This document shows positions 1 to 10,574 of a stretch of 64,000 nucleotides of DNA, in pieces. Position 1 is the stretch's first letter, and the number at the start of each line of letters is the position of its first letter. Source of the stretch: an uncultured bacterium. Its GTDB lineage: Bacteria; Desulfobacterota_D; UBA1144; Nemesobacterales; UBA2774. Made by a program: the position numbers and the translations under genes. Below the pieces are notes generated by a model. The model was not told the DNA's origin, did no database searches, and worked only from the letters and a program-made list of their open reading frames with translations. The DNA is taken from assembly GCA_963825135.1 (NCBI GenBank), contig CAWGRW010000009.1:736001-800000 (forward strand), written 5' to 3'.

Positions 1-1306
1 TAGCCCTCGTGATAATTGGGCACGGTGAAAATGGCGTGCTGCAACATGCCGGTCTCATCCGTCATGTGACGCAGGTGATCGAGTTTGAGCGGAGGCAATT
101 CGACCTTCGTGGAGCTTCACTCTAAACCCGGGAGGGACGTAATGCCGGCGTTCCGCCCGGGCCCGTTCAAAGCTCTCCATGTACCGTCTGCGCCACCTGC
201 GGCCAGATCATCTCCCGTCCAAAGAGATACGCCCGCTTGCGCATGGCGTGGCGCTCGGCTTCGTTGTCGAGCAGGTCGATCACTTGCTCGGCCAGCGCCG
301 CCGGATCGTTGAACGGCACAAGCGTGCCGCGTCCGTCTGCCAGCATCTCTTCCGCATACCAGTACGGCGTCGAAATCACCGCCTTGCCCGCCCCGAGCGT
401 GTAGGCCAGCGTGCCGGATACGATCTGCGCCGCGTTGAGATAAGGCGTGATGTAAATGTCCGCCGCGCTGATGAACTCGACAAGCTCCTCCAGACTGACA
501 AAGCGGTTGTAGAAGATCACGTGATCTTCCACGCCTTTTTCCTGAGCCAGCCATTGCAGCGACAACCGGTAGGTTTCGCCCTCATGCTGCATAACATGGG
601 GATGTGTCGCGCCGAGAATGATGTACACCACGTTCGGATAGCGCTCCACGATGTCGGGCAGGGCGGCGATGACGTTTTCGATCCCTTTGTTGGCCGAAAG
701 CAATCCGAAACTGAGCAAAACGATCTTGCCCTCGACACCGAACAGGTCTTTGTGAAAACTCGGGTCGACAAACGGCAAATCGGGAATGCCGTGCGGGATG
801 AGATCGATCTTCTCCGGCAGCACGCGATAGATCTCCCGCAGAAATTCCGCGCCGCGTTCGCTCATGACGACCAATCGATCGGACAGGGCGGCGACTTCTT
901 CCAACACCCGCCGCTGATCGGGATCCGGCTCTCTCAAAATGGTATGCAGTGTCGTGACTATGGGCATGCGCAATTCGCGCAAGAAGGCCAGTATATGGCT
1001 GCCTGCCCGCCCGCCGAAGATTCCGTATTCGAATTGCAGGCACACCAGGTCGACATTGTTGATATTCAGGAAGTCGGCGGCGCGGCGGTAAGAGTCGATG
1101 TCCTTCTCCGTCAGTTCAAACCGGACGCGGGGCGGATAGGCATAGCCGCCTTCGATGTCGTTGACGGGCAGGGCAATGCATGTCGTATCCGCATATTCGG
1201 CAGCGATGGCCTCGCATAGATCGGTCGTGAACGTGGCGATGCCGCACTGTCGCGGCAGATAGTTGCCGATGAACGCAACTCGACTGATGGTTAAATGTTC
1301 TTCCAT
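1..1306 (-). CDS. Glycosyltransferase family 4 protein with C-terminal extension; frameshifted twice near its 3' end and running off the window
   Basis: GT4 motifs (PRQCGIATFT, FGLLSANKGIE, SGTLAY). Start MEEHL at 1306 follows AAGGAG. After 'WPQVA' (~190) a shifted frame reads RRYMESFERARAERRH; after a second shift (~105) it reads ELPPLKLDHLRHMTDETGMLQHAIFTVPNYHEG, the C-terminal domain typical of this long GT4 family. Confidence 0.85.
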
Positions 1307-1622
1307 AACGTGTATCTCCTTCCTATTACCCCTTATAACAATGTGCAATATAACAAAGTGCTATTTCCGGGCCAATTGGTACTAAATGGCAGTCCGCTAC
1401 CCCTGTAAGATCCAAAAATTTGGAATAGAGTGTTCTATATCTGGGAAACCGAAGTACAAAGAATTATAACATATATATATAATATGACCGCCCGAAATAT
1501 CGGACCGGGCAATTTGAAATGGAGCAACCGGCTTAATTCGTTAAGAAATCCGGTCAATATCGAAGAAAAATTTTGGATCTGTAATATATAGAATGTTGGA
1601 TCAGTAATGTATAGGAGGTTCG

Positions 1623-1679
1623 ATGCAATTCAGTATGTTTCAGTATTTCGGGGGAAAGCAGAACTTAACACAGGATTGA
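1623..1679 (+). pseudogene. Short ORF MQFSMFQYFGGKQNLTQD, possible N-terminal relic of a Dam/D12-class adenine methyltransferase
   Basis: AGGAGG just upstream of the ATG; YFGGK..L resembles the N-terminal motif of D12-class MTases. Very short, so could be chance. Confidence 0.25.
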
Positions 1680-1762
1680 TTTATTCGCCCCGCAATACTT
1701 CTCAAGTCAGGTTTACTTTATAAACGACGATACGCTTACTCTTCCGGAAATCGCCTATACTC

Positions 1763-2174
1763 TCATAATTCCCTCGGCGTCACGTTCTCTCTAACCCATC
1801 TGACGATCTCATCCGTAGAAACGCCGGGTTCAAATATAGCTTTGACGCCCTTCTCCCTGAGATCTTCGATATCCTGCTTGGGCACAACGCCGCCGCCGAA
1901 CAAAGTAACATCCTGAATACCTTTCTCTTTAAAGAGTCTTATTATTTCCGGGAATATGTAGTTGTGCGCTCCGGAAAGAATACTTATCCCGACAGCGTCG
2001 ACGTCCTCTTGAACGGCCATTTCCACGACTACCTGCGGGGTGTTATGAAGGCCGGTGTAAATTACTTCATAACCCGCGTCCCTTAATGCCCTTGAAATTA
2101 TTTTAACTCCCCTGTCGTGACCGTCGAGCCCGACCTTCCCGACCAGAATCCTTATTGCTCTCTCATTTGTCCAT
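1763..2174 (-). CDS. Cobalamin-binding small subunit of an acyl-CoA mutase (IcmB-like); one extra base just after the start codon
   Basis: The frame upstream of the listed 87-aa ORF reads [40 protein letters not shown] (DxHxxG B12 motif). The ATG at 2174 joins this frame if one A is removed from ATGGACAAAT. Confidence 0.9.
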
Positions 2175-2208
2175 TATAATCCCTCGGTGTTTATACAGAT
2201 GACCGTAA

Positions 2209-3877
2209 TTAAAAATAACCCGGGTCCCTATAGACCCCGTACACTTCCCTGAATATATCGCATATCTCCCCTAAAGTCGCATATTCCCGCACGGCGTCGA
2301 TGATGGAGGGCATTAAATTATCCCCCCTCCGGGCAGCCGTCAGGACATTTGCGAGTCTTGCTTTCACGGCCCTGTTATTCCTGCTTCGTTTTCAGCCGTC
2401 TCAGCTTCTCACACTGACCCGTCTCTACAGCATCCTCGATTTTAAGGGTCGGTATCGAGACCTCTTCATCAGTAGAATATTTATTAACTCCGACTATCGT
2501 CTTTATCCCGGCGTCGAGCTCCCGCTGGTATTTGTATGCCGCGTCCGCAATCTCCTTCTGCGGAAACCCCGTTTCTATCGCCCTGATTATCCCCCCGAGC
2601 TCGTCTATTTTCTCGATGTATGCGAAAGCCTCCTTCTCTATCCTGTCCGTCAGGGACTCGATGACGTAACTACCGCCGAACGGATCGATTGAATTTACAA
2701 CCCCGCTCTCCTCGGCGATTATCTGCTGTGTCCTGAGGGCTACGGTTACAGCCTCCTCCGTAGGCAGGGCGAGCGTTTCGTCCATAGAATTCGTATGCAG
2801 GGACTGTGTCCCGCCTAACACCGCCGCCAGCGCCTGGATAGTCACTCTGGCTACGTTGTTTAAAGGCTGCTGCGCCGTAAGGCTCGCCCCCGCCGTCTGC
2901 GCATGGGTTTTCAATATCCAGGACTTCGGATTCTTTGCGCCGAAGCGCTCCCTCATGATCCTGGCCCACATCCTCCTCGCAGCGCGGAACTTCGCAATCT
3001 CTTCGAGAAAATCGTTATGAACGTTGAAGAAGAAAGACAGGCGCGGCGCGAACTCATCGACGTCGAGCCCGCGTTTTAAGCTTTCCTCCACATAACCGAT
3101 CCCGTCCGCGAGCGTAAACGCGAGCTCCTGTACGGCAGTGGACCCCGCCTCCCGGATGTGGTAACCAGAGATCGAGACCGGATACCAGTTGGGAACTTCT
3201 TTGGCGCAGAACTCTATGACATCTATAACTATTTTTACGGAAGGCTCAGGGGGTGATATCCATTCCCGCTGAGCGATGAATTCCTTTAACATGTCGTTCT
3301 GCAGCGTGCCCCCGAGCTTTCCCATGCCGACCCCCCTCTTCTCCGCCATGACGATATACATGGCGAACACGATTGAGGCGCCGCAGTTTATGGTCATTGA
3401 AGTCGTCACTTTATCGAGCTCTATACCGTCGAACAGGACCTCCATGTCCTGAAGCGAGGAAACGGAGACCCCTTCCCTGCCGACTTCTCCCCTCGAGCGC
3501 TCGTGGTCGGAGTCATAACCCATGAGTGTGGGCATGTCGAAGGCCGTGCTGAGCCCCGTCTGTCCCTGCCCGAGCAGATATTTAAACCTGCGGTTCGTGT
3601 CCTCGGGTGTCCCGAAGCCGGCAAACTGACGCATAGTCCAGAGCCGGCCCCGGTACATCGTGCTGTGGATACCGCGCGTGAACGGATAGGAGCCGGGGAA
3701 CCCCAATGCGCTCGTGTAATCAAAGCCGTTTAAGTCCTGAGGGGTTACGAGCGGCGGGACACTCATGCCCGATATTGTCGTAAAATCCTCTTCCCTTTTG
3801 GGAACGCTTTTATATTCTCTCTCCCAAAGCTCTTTTGCCTTCTTCAGCCTTTTCATGTCCATATTCTCAAAAGTCAT
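2209..3877 (-). CDS. B12-dependent acyl-CoA mutase large subunit (isobutyryl-CoA mutase-like); frameshift near 2385
   Basis: Mutase motifs [34 protein letters not shown]. The listed ORF stops at 2375, but a shifted frame continues [11 protein letters not shown]...[36 protein letters not shown] to TAA at 2209. Confidence 0.9.
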
Positions 3878-4181
3878 CGACTACCTCTCAGCCAAAAATT
3901 AAATTTGTCCGCTAATCGCATGACCGCAACTTTAAGGAACATACCATCCGTATATTTCTGTTAAAGCAGCTTTGATTTAATGTAGAGTCCAATCCGAGAA
4001 CCCATCCAAACGGTTCCCGACCAAGTTACGCCGTCAGTTTATTGAACACACTCTCTTTCACACAAAAAGCGCGGATTTGAATCATGCGGCTCGTATCTGC
4101 AAATAATCTTTTTATCTCATTCCGCTTCCACAATTTTAACTACCCTCGTTTCCGACAAAGTCGGAACCCCGCCTAAATTAA

Positions 4182-4223
4182 TTCCTATCCTGTAAGGCCC
4201 GTGGAGACATCACAGGATAGGAA
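4182..4223 (-). terminator. Stem-loop downstream of the ADC-family gene, probable terminator
   Basis: Perfect 12-bp inverted repeat TTCCTATCCTGT/ACAGGATAGGAA followed on the minus strand by TTAATTT; a second small hairpin lies at 4150-4166. Confidence 0.5.
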
Positions 4224-4321
4224 CAAGAGGCAATCTTGCAATGGGTCTACGACAAATGACTTTATTGGTTCGCTCCTCTATACAAGCCGGCTCCCAATAT
4301 AGCATCATATCTAAAATCCTG

Positions 4322-5323
4322 TTACAGCATCCCGCCCTGACTGTACATCGGAACCATGAAGCGGTGGCGCATGGTGTACTTGAACGGAGTGGAATAAAGA
4401 AGCGATCCGAAATCTTTCTCCGGGTCCCTATTCACAACCTTCGTCCAAATGGTCTTTGCCCCCGGAATAATCAGGTTGAATGTGAAGCTGATTATTCCCA
4501 CGACTTCCTTAGCCGGAATCTGGCCGCCCATATAATCGAACGGCGTGCCCTGCATAAACCAGGAACGGATATCTTTGCCCGTCGTCGTGCGAATGCTCGA
4601 TGCATCCATCATGAAGCGGTGTCCCGTCCCAAAGCCCGGCGGGAGATCCGACGGAAGATAAGTAACTTCATGTATGCTGTTTGTTACATCCGGTCTCGTG
4701 GTAATACGGTAATTCATGCGGCCCCAATCGGTCTTCCCGTAAAAAGCCGGTCTAGCTGAAAGAGGCTTGTCGGAATAACGCCCGTTAGCCGTATGGAGAA
4801 TATAGCCGCGCCTCTCCATAAGCATATTAAAGTAATTATTATTGAGTCCGTGTTCGTAGGCGGCTATATAAGCAGCCTTTTTCGGAAACCCGAACGGCTC
4901 CCTTCCCGCGGAGACACCCGAATCGTTTGAAAGGTACATATACGGATAATACCCCGCTTTATACGTCTCCCCGTCCTGAGCCTTTAACGAAGCAGCGAAG
5001 GTCACACCCATCTCCATATATGGCCCGATCATAGTATTTCTATGAATGACATACCAGAACTCGATTACATCGTCCTCCAGTTTCAGAGGCTCCGGGAGAA
5101 TTGCCTTCATATCCTTTTGATCGGCTCTGATGACGAATGCCATCCACCTGCTCTGCGTATACGTCAGCGGAATGATATCGTAGTCATACAAGGGGTCGGC
5201 AACACCCTGGCTTATGATGTGAATCCGGTCCCTGTCCAATGGCAGGGGCGGCACTTCGCCTTCCGCCAACCAAGGATTACTATATTCATTAGCTTGCAAG
5301 CCCATTTTACTTGTCCTCCTCAT
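4322..5323 (-). CDS. Acetoacetate decarboxylase (ADC)-family protein
   Basis: LPEPL and GPYME, plus AGREPFGFPKK containing the Schiff-base Lys motif of the ADC superfamily. Confidence 0.8.
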   Translation of the reverse strand: MRRTSKMGLQANEYSNPWLAEGEVPPLPLDRDRIHIISQGVADPLYDYDIIPLTYTQSRWMAFVIRADQKDMKAILPEPLKLEDDVIEFWYVIHRNTMIGPYMEMGVTFAASLKAQDGETYKAGYYPYMYLSNDSGVSAGREPFGFPKKAAYIAAYEHGLNNNYFNMLMERRGYILHTANGRYSDKPLSARPAFYGKTDWGRMNYRITTRPDVTNSIHEVTYLPSDLPPGFGTGHRFMMDASSIRTTTGKDIRSWFMQGTPFDYMGGQIPAKEVVGIISFTFNLIIPGAKTIWTKVVNRDPEKDFGSLLYSTPFKYTMRHRFMVPMYSQGGML

Positions 5324-5349
5324 ATATTATTCTGAACCCACCCTAGGCG

Positions 5350-5403
5350 ACTGAGCGTTCGTTCAGTATTCCCATATTAGTCTATTTCAAATATCCTTGT
5401 CAA
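5350..5403 (-). promoter_or_regulatory. Sigma70-type promoter with a downstream palindromic operator for the ADC-family gene
   Basis: Minus strand TTGACA (5403-5398), 18 nt, TAATAT (5379-5374); imperfect palindrome ACTGAGCGTTCGTTCAGT at 5350-5367 over the expected transcription start. Confidence 0.6.
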
Positions 5404-5679
5404 GTATTTTTGCGAGAAAATTTTAGATGCCAAATATGTTCTGTGATTACAGCTAGTTGTACATTCGGAGTCGTCGGATTCTTTATGCGGGAGGGCCGGG
5501 AGATAACGTATTGATCTTTCGACTCGGGTTATGTTTTAATGCCAAACCTGATTATGCGCTCAGTTAGGGCATACACGGAAACGCCCCGTCATCACGACCT
5601 CTCCGGGTATTCCGGTCATTGAAACTAACTGTAACCTGCCGGTATAAAAGAATTTCCGAGCCGTCTGTTTTAGGAGGGT

Positions 5680-6312
5680 CTAACTTGTTCCTGTAAGTTC
5701 TCTAAGCGCTAAGTAGCTCTTTGTTTCGATATACCTTTCAAGGGTATAGTTCTTTTGAAGCACCCAGCGTCTGAACGCCCACATCTGTCCTGTAACCATT
5801 ATATCGTTGGCAATGAGACTGACGTCCTTCTTGTCTACGGAAAATGCACCGTTTTCTATGCCCTGAGTTATTATTTCCTCAAAAATCGCAGTCATTTCTT
5901 CTTCCGCCTTGAATATGTACTTCCTGGACATATAAGGCAGGGATTTAGTCTCCTGATAGAGGAAAAGTATATAGTCCTGCATTTCATCGATAATCACATA
6001 GTAAGAACGTATGGCCCTTTCCAGGGTTTCCCTGGTATCACCGGTTATTTCTAAAGAAGGTCTGACCCTCTCGCTTACGCTCGTGTGTATGTAATCGCAA
6101 ACGAGATATAGTATATCTTCCTTGGTCCTTATATATTCATATAAAGTGCCTATGCTCATTCCGAATTTTTGAGCAATTTCCCTCACGGTCGTCCTGTGAA
6201 AACCCTTGCGTACAAAGATTTCCACCGCGGCCTTAACGATCTCCATCCTTCGGATTTCTATAAGTTGTTTATCCTTAACTTTTGACTCAATATGCTTTAT
6301 GGCTCTTTCCAT
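5680..6312 (-). CDS. TetR/AcrR-family transcriptional regulator
   Basis: HTH signature GFHRTTVREIAQKFGMSIGTLYEYIRTKEDIL. Confidence 0.92.
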   Translation of the reverse strand: MERAIKHIESKVKDKQLIEIRRMEIVKAAVEIFVRKGFHRTTVREIAQKFGMSIGTLYEYIRTKEDILYLVCDYIHTSVSERVRPSLEITGDTRETLERAIRSYYVIIDEMQDYILFLYQETKSLPYMSRKYIFKAEEEMTAIFEEIITQGIENGAFSVDKKDVSLIANDIMVTGQMWAFRRWVLQKNYTLERYIETKSYLALRELTGTS

Positions 6313-6412
6313 AGTAGTAATTGCTGCCCGGATCCATGATTATTAATGACAAAATTTAACCGACTGGTAAAAAATAACAAAATACGGGGGTTCCGCGGGA
6401 TGGAGAAATTGA

Positions 6413-6488
6413 TGGTGGAGCCGAAGGGGATCGAACCCTCGACCTCATGAATGCCATTCATGCGCTCTCCCAGCTGAGCTACGGCCCC
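6413..6488 (-). tRNA. tRNA-Ala (GGC)
   Basis: Minus strand GGGGCCGTAGCTCAGCTGGGAGAGCGCATGAATGGCATTCATGAGGTCGAGGGTTCGATCCCCTTCGGCTCCACCA: 76 nt, cloverleaf, G3:U70 pair, GGC anticodon, encoded CCA. Confidence 0.97.
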
Positions 6489-6501
6489 ACGAACCGGTAT
6501 T

Positions 6502-6530
6502 AATTTAAGTGCTCGTTCGTTTAAAGTCAA
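6502..6530 (-). promoter_or_regulatory. Promoter for tRNA-Ala
   Basis: Minus strand TTGACT-17 nt-TAAATT, 13 nt upstream of the tRNA. Confidence 0.6.
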
Positions 6531-6593
6531 ATAAAATAATGTATAATTTCTGGCTTATACTCGCTTTTGCCTCGATTATAAAGGAGAAATTTT

Positions 6594-7895
6594 ATGAAGG
6601 TGGTTAACGTCGGTCTCATCGGCGCCGGTACAGTCGGATGCGGGGTCATCGAGGTCCTGCGCAAGAACAGGGACATTATCGAAAAGCGTACCGGAATCAG
6701 GCTCAACCTTAAAAAAATAGCCGATATAGACCCTGACAGAAAAAGGCCAGTAAAAATCCCGAGAGACAGGATAACCAAGGACGCGAGCGAGCTCCTTGAG
6801 GACGCCTCCATTGAGATTATCATAGAGCTCGTGGGGGGAACGGGGATTGCGAAGGATTTCGTGATGGGGGCGATAAGAAACGGTAAGCACGTCGTTACCG
6901 CCAATAAAGCCCTTCTCGCGCACTACGGCAGAGAGATTTTCGGAGAGGCCGTGAAAAAGGGAATCGACGTCGGGTTCGAGGCGAGCGTAGGGGGCGGGAT
7001 TCCCATTATCAAAGCGATGCAGGAGAGCTTTGCCGCTAACAACATCCTTTCCATACACGGGATAATCAACGGGACGTCCAATTACATACTTTCGAGAATG
7101 ACAGAGGAGGGATCGGAATTCGCCGAGGTATTAAAAGAGGCCCAGAAAGAAGGTTACGCCGAGGCGGACCCTTCTTTCGACGTGGACGGGATCGATGCCG
7201 CGCATAAGCTCTCGATCCTGATCATGCTCTCCTACGGCATATTCATCAGCTTCGGAAAGATTCACGCGGAAGGAATAAGGGGGATCACGCCGCTCGACAT
7301 CGCTTACGCGGACGAGCTCGGATACAGGATAAAGCTCCTTGCAATCGCGAAGTCGAGAAATAACGGGCTTCAGGCAGGCGTATATCCGGCTCTGGTAAGA
7401 AAAGAAACCCAGCTGGCCGATGTATCGGGCGCTTTCAACGCGATATACCTGGTGGGAGATGCGGCGGGACCTGCGATGCTATACGGCAAGGGGGCCGGCA
7501 TGATGCCCACCGCAAGCGCAGTCGTGGGCGACGTGCTGCAGATAGCTAAGGACCTCTCCCTCGGGAACACCCATTCGTCCCCTCCCAGGTTTTACGGCGG
7601 TAAGGATTCATTCCCGCTTATTAAAATGAGCGATACGACGAATAAATACTATTTGCGGTTCCAGGCCGAAGACAGGCCCGGGGTACTCGGAAAAATTACC
7701 GGAAGCCTGGGGAAGCACGGGATCAGCATCGAGTCCGTTATTCAAAAAGGCAGACACCTGGGCGGAGGGGACGTTCCGGTGGTGATAATGACTCATGAGG
7801 CGCTGGAGAAAGACCTCCTGTCCTCGCTCAGGGAAATAGACAGGTTCTCGACGATAAGGGCGAAAACGACATTCATCAGGATAGAAGACCTTTAA
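6594..7895 (+). CDS. hom: Homoserine dehydrogenase with C-terminal ACT domain
   Basis: GAGTVG, VVTANK, FEASVGGGIP, GIINGTSNYIL, GYAEADP; ACT domain DRPGVLG. Confidence 0.95.
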   Translation: MKVVNVGLIGAGTVGCGVIEVLRKNRDIIEKRTGIRLNLKKIADIDPDRKRPVKIPRDRITKDASELLEDASIEIIIELVGGTGIAKDFVMGAIRNGKHVVTANKALLAHYGREIFGEAVKKGIDVGFEASVGGGIPIIKAMQESFAANNILSIHGIINGTSNYILSRMTEEGSEFAEVLKEAQKEGYAEADPSFDVDGIDAAHKLSILIMLSYGIFISFGKIHAEGIRGITPLDIAYADELGYRIKLLAIAKSRNNGLQAGVYPALVRKETQLADVSGAFNAIYLVGDAAGPAMLYGKGAGMMPTASAVVGDVLQIAKDLSLGNTHSSPPRFYGGKDSFPLIKMSDTTNKYYLRFQAEDRPGVLGKITGSLGKHGISIESVIQKGRHLGGGDVPVVIMTHEALEKDLLSSLREIDRFSTIRAKTTFIRIEDL

Positions 7896-8000
7896 GATGA
7901 GAAGGCGGGCTGACCGTACGAGGGTCCAGGAATCCTTATACCGGTCAATCGGGGGAAACGACGGCCGCATTACAACCGGTTTTTATCGGCCGCCAATCCA

Positions 8001-9059
8001 ATGACGAAAAAGGTTAATTTCGAAGAGATATTCGATTCGCTTCCGGAATCCATCATTATCATGGACAAGGACCTCCGCGTGCTCGACATGAACGACAACG
8101 CGGAAAGCACATTCAGGATCCCGAGGGAGAAGGCCCGCGGACAGCATTCGAGCGCCTTCATGCCGGAGGAGATAGAGGGCGTCGCGCTTATGGCGATGGG
8201 AGAGGGCAGAACAATAGTGGGCGACGAGATAAAACCGACTCTGAGAAGCGGCGAGCGTATCTCGATCCAGGCCGTGGCCTCGCCGTTATTCACGAATAAA
8301 GGGACACTAAAAGGCGCATTACTGCAGATAAAGGACATGTCCGGCGCGAAGTTTCTCAACAGCAAGAGCATCCAGGAGATATCGGCCTCGAAATTCGAGA
8401 ACCTCATTCTGGGGCTTGCTCATGAGCTTAAGAACCCGCTCAGCGGCATACGGGGGGCAGCTCAGCTCCTGGCCGAAGAAGCTCCCAATAGTGAGGCGCT
8501 GAAATGCGCTCAAATAATCACCAAGGAAACGGACAGGCTCCGGGCCCTGCTCGATACGCTTAAGCAGCTGGAGCCCTTCGCCGAAGAGGTATTCGAGCTG
8601 ATAGACATACACGAGATGCTGATGGAAATCATATACCTCGAATCGATGTCCAGGGCGGGGGGGCTCATACAGTACAGGCAGAATTACGACGTGACCATCC
8701 CGCCCATACACGGCGACAGGAACGCATTCAAGCAGGTCTTCCTCAATCTCATAAAAAACGCGGCGGAGTCGATAACGGGCAAAGGCATGGTAGAGGTATC
8801 CAGCAGGTGGATCACGGAGCATAAGCTCAAGGGCCAGAACTCGATGTCCATAGAAATCAGGGACAACGGAAGCGGGATACCGGCGGATTCCCTGGAAAAA
8901 ATATTCAACCCCTTCTATACTACTAAGAAAGAGGGGTCGGGTCTCGGACTATTCCTGGCATATCAGATAATCGCCAAACACGGAGGAGCAATTTTTGTCG
9001 ACAGTGAATTGGGGGTCGGTACTACACTCAAGGTATACCTCCCGATTACAAACGTATAA
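8001..9059 (+). CDS. ntrB: NtrB-like PAS sensor histidine kinase
   Basis: AHELKNPLSGIRGAAQLL H-box; N, G1, F and G2 boxes; N-terminal PAS domain; adjacent NtrC. Confidence 0.8.
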   Translation: MTKKVNFEEIFDSLPESIIIMDKDLRVLDMNDNAESTFRIPREKARGQHSSAFMPEEIEGVALMAMGEGRTIVGDEIKPTLRSGERISIQAVASPLFTNKGTLKGALLQIKDMSGAKFLNSKSIQEISASKFENLILGLAHELKNPLSGIRGAAQLLAEEAPNSEALKCAQIITKETDRLRALLDTLKQLEPFAEEVFELIDIHEMLMEIIYLESMSRAGGLIQYRQNYDVTIPPIHGDRNAFKQVFLNLIKNAAESITGKGMVEVSSRWITEHKLKGQNSMSIEIRDNGSGIPADSLEKIFNPFYTTKKEGSGLGLFLAYQIIAKHGGAIFVDSELGVGTTLKVYLPITNV

Positions 9060-9126
9060 TTCTGGAATATAATCCCGGAAGGAAATTGAAAAACCTGATG
9101 AGGCAGAGCTCGATTGAAACCGTAAA

Positions 9127-10563
9127 ATGAAAAAAAAGATACTGATCGTCGATGATGAAGAAAGCATAAGATGGGTGCTCGGGAAATGCCTGGAGAAAGC
9201 GGGCTATCTGGTACGCCATGCGGATAACGGAGCGAAGGCCATACAGAGCGCCTTGTCCGAGGGCTTTTCCGCGATAATACTCGATATCACCATGCCCGAC
9301 ATGAACGGGTTTGACGTGCTCAAGGAATTCAGGTCGAGAGGGATCAACCCCCCTGTAATTATCATCACCGCGCAGAATACGGTAAAGAACGCGATAGACG
9401 CCATGAAGCAGGGCGCCTATGATTACATCGCCAAGCCTTTTGACCTGGACGAGGTAAAAATCACCGTACAGCGGGCGATCGAGAGCTACGAGAATTCGAA
9501 AAAGCTCGAGATGCTCAGGGCGGAATCCGGGGAGGGGGATTCCCTTCAGGACATCGTCGGCAAGTCCCAGGTGATGCTCAACATATACAAGATGATAGGC
9601 AGAGTGGCCGAGCGGGACATTACCGTGCTGGTAATCGGGGAGAGCGGGACCGGCAAGGAGCTCGTGGCGCGGGCTATTCACCAGAACAGCATGAGGAGAG
9701 AGGGAAAGCTGGTCGCGGTGAACATTGCGGCCATTCCCAAGGACCTCCTCGAAAGCGAGCTGTTCGGCTACGAAAAGGGCGCGTTCACGGGGGCTTCCCT
9801 CCCGAAACAGGGGAGGTTCGAAGAAGCCCACAAAGGCACGCTGCACTTGGACGAAATCGGGGACATGCCTCCCGAGCTCCAGACAAAGCTGCTCAGAATA
9901 CTCGAAGAGAGGAAATTCTACAGGCTCGGAAGCGAACGGCCCACCCCTGTTGACGTCAGGATAATAGCGTCAACGAACAAGAACCTCGAGAGGGAGGTGG
10001 CCGACGGCAGGTTCAGGGAGGACCTTTACTACAGATTAAACGCGATCACGATCGAGATTCCGCCGCTCAGAAAAAGAATAGAAGACGTCGAGCCGCTTAT
10101 AGAGCACTTCCTCAATAAATATTCAAAGGAGCTCGGCATCGCCAAAAGGACCATGTCCGACGAAGCGAAAGAGCTCGCGCTCAGTTATAGCTGGCCCGGC
10201 AACGTGAGGGAGCTCGAAAACATAATCAAGCGCGTACTCGTCCTCACGTCGGACAGCATTATCACAAGGGACACCCTTATTGAAGCCGCTCCGCATCTCG
10301 AAGGAAGGGGCAGAAAGGAGCAGGAATCGTTCGACCAGATAATAACGGACGAACTCAATTTCCTGATCGAGTCCGGGAGCGCCGATTCGCAGGGACAAAT
10401 CCACGACAAAATCATAAGAAAGGTCGAAAAACCGCTTATTGAAGCGGTACTCAGGATCACGAACGGAAACAAGAAAAAGGCGGCTCAGATACTCGGAATT
10501 AACAGAAACACGCTTTCAAAAAAGATGGAAGAGCTGGGACTCCAGGGAAAGGATAACGATTAG
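9127..10563 (+). CDS. ntrC: NtrC-like sigma54-dependent response regulator
   Basis: Receiver domain, GESGTGKE, ESELFG, GAFTGA, WPGNVREL, Fis-type HTH LGINRNTL. Confidence 0.85.
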   Translation: MKKKILIVDDEESIRWVLGKCLEKAGYLVRHADNGAKAIQSALSEGFSAIILDITMPDMNGFDVLKEFRSRGINPPVIIITAQNTVKNAIDAMKQGAYDYIAKPFDLDEVKITVQRAIESYENSKKLEMLRAESGEGDSLQDIVGKSQVMLNIYKMIGRVAERDITVLVIGESGTGKELVARAIHQNSMRREGKLVAVNIAAIPKDLLESELFGYEKGAFTGASLPKQGRFEEAHKGTLHLDEIGDMPPELQTKLLRILEERKFYRLGSERPTPVDVRIIASTNKNLEREVADGRFREDLYYRLNAITIEIPPLRKRIEDVEPLIEHFLNKYSKELGIAKRTMSDEAKELALSYSWPGNVRELENIIKRVLVLTSDSIITRDTLIEAAPHLEGRGRKEQESFDQIITDELNFLIESGSADSQGQIHDKIIRKVEKPLIEAVLRITNGNKKKAAQILGINRNTLSKKMEELGLQGKDND

Positions 10564-10574
10564 TTTTATCAGCG

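Noticed and set aside
2375..2395. Programmed ribosomal frameshift in the mutase
   Set aside because: No canonical slippery heptamer, and several nearby indels favour sequence error.
3878..4321. Cobalamin riboswitch upstream of the mutase
   Set aside because: No B12-box or core consensus found on the minus strand; the hairpins are better explained as a terminator.
6313..6488. tRNA as an integration site for an island
   Set aside because: No integrase and no duplicated tRNA 3' end seen in the window.
6297..6530. 77-aa ORF overlapping the tRNA
   Set aside because: It is a translation of the tRNA-Ala sequence.
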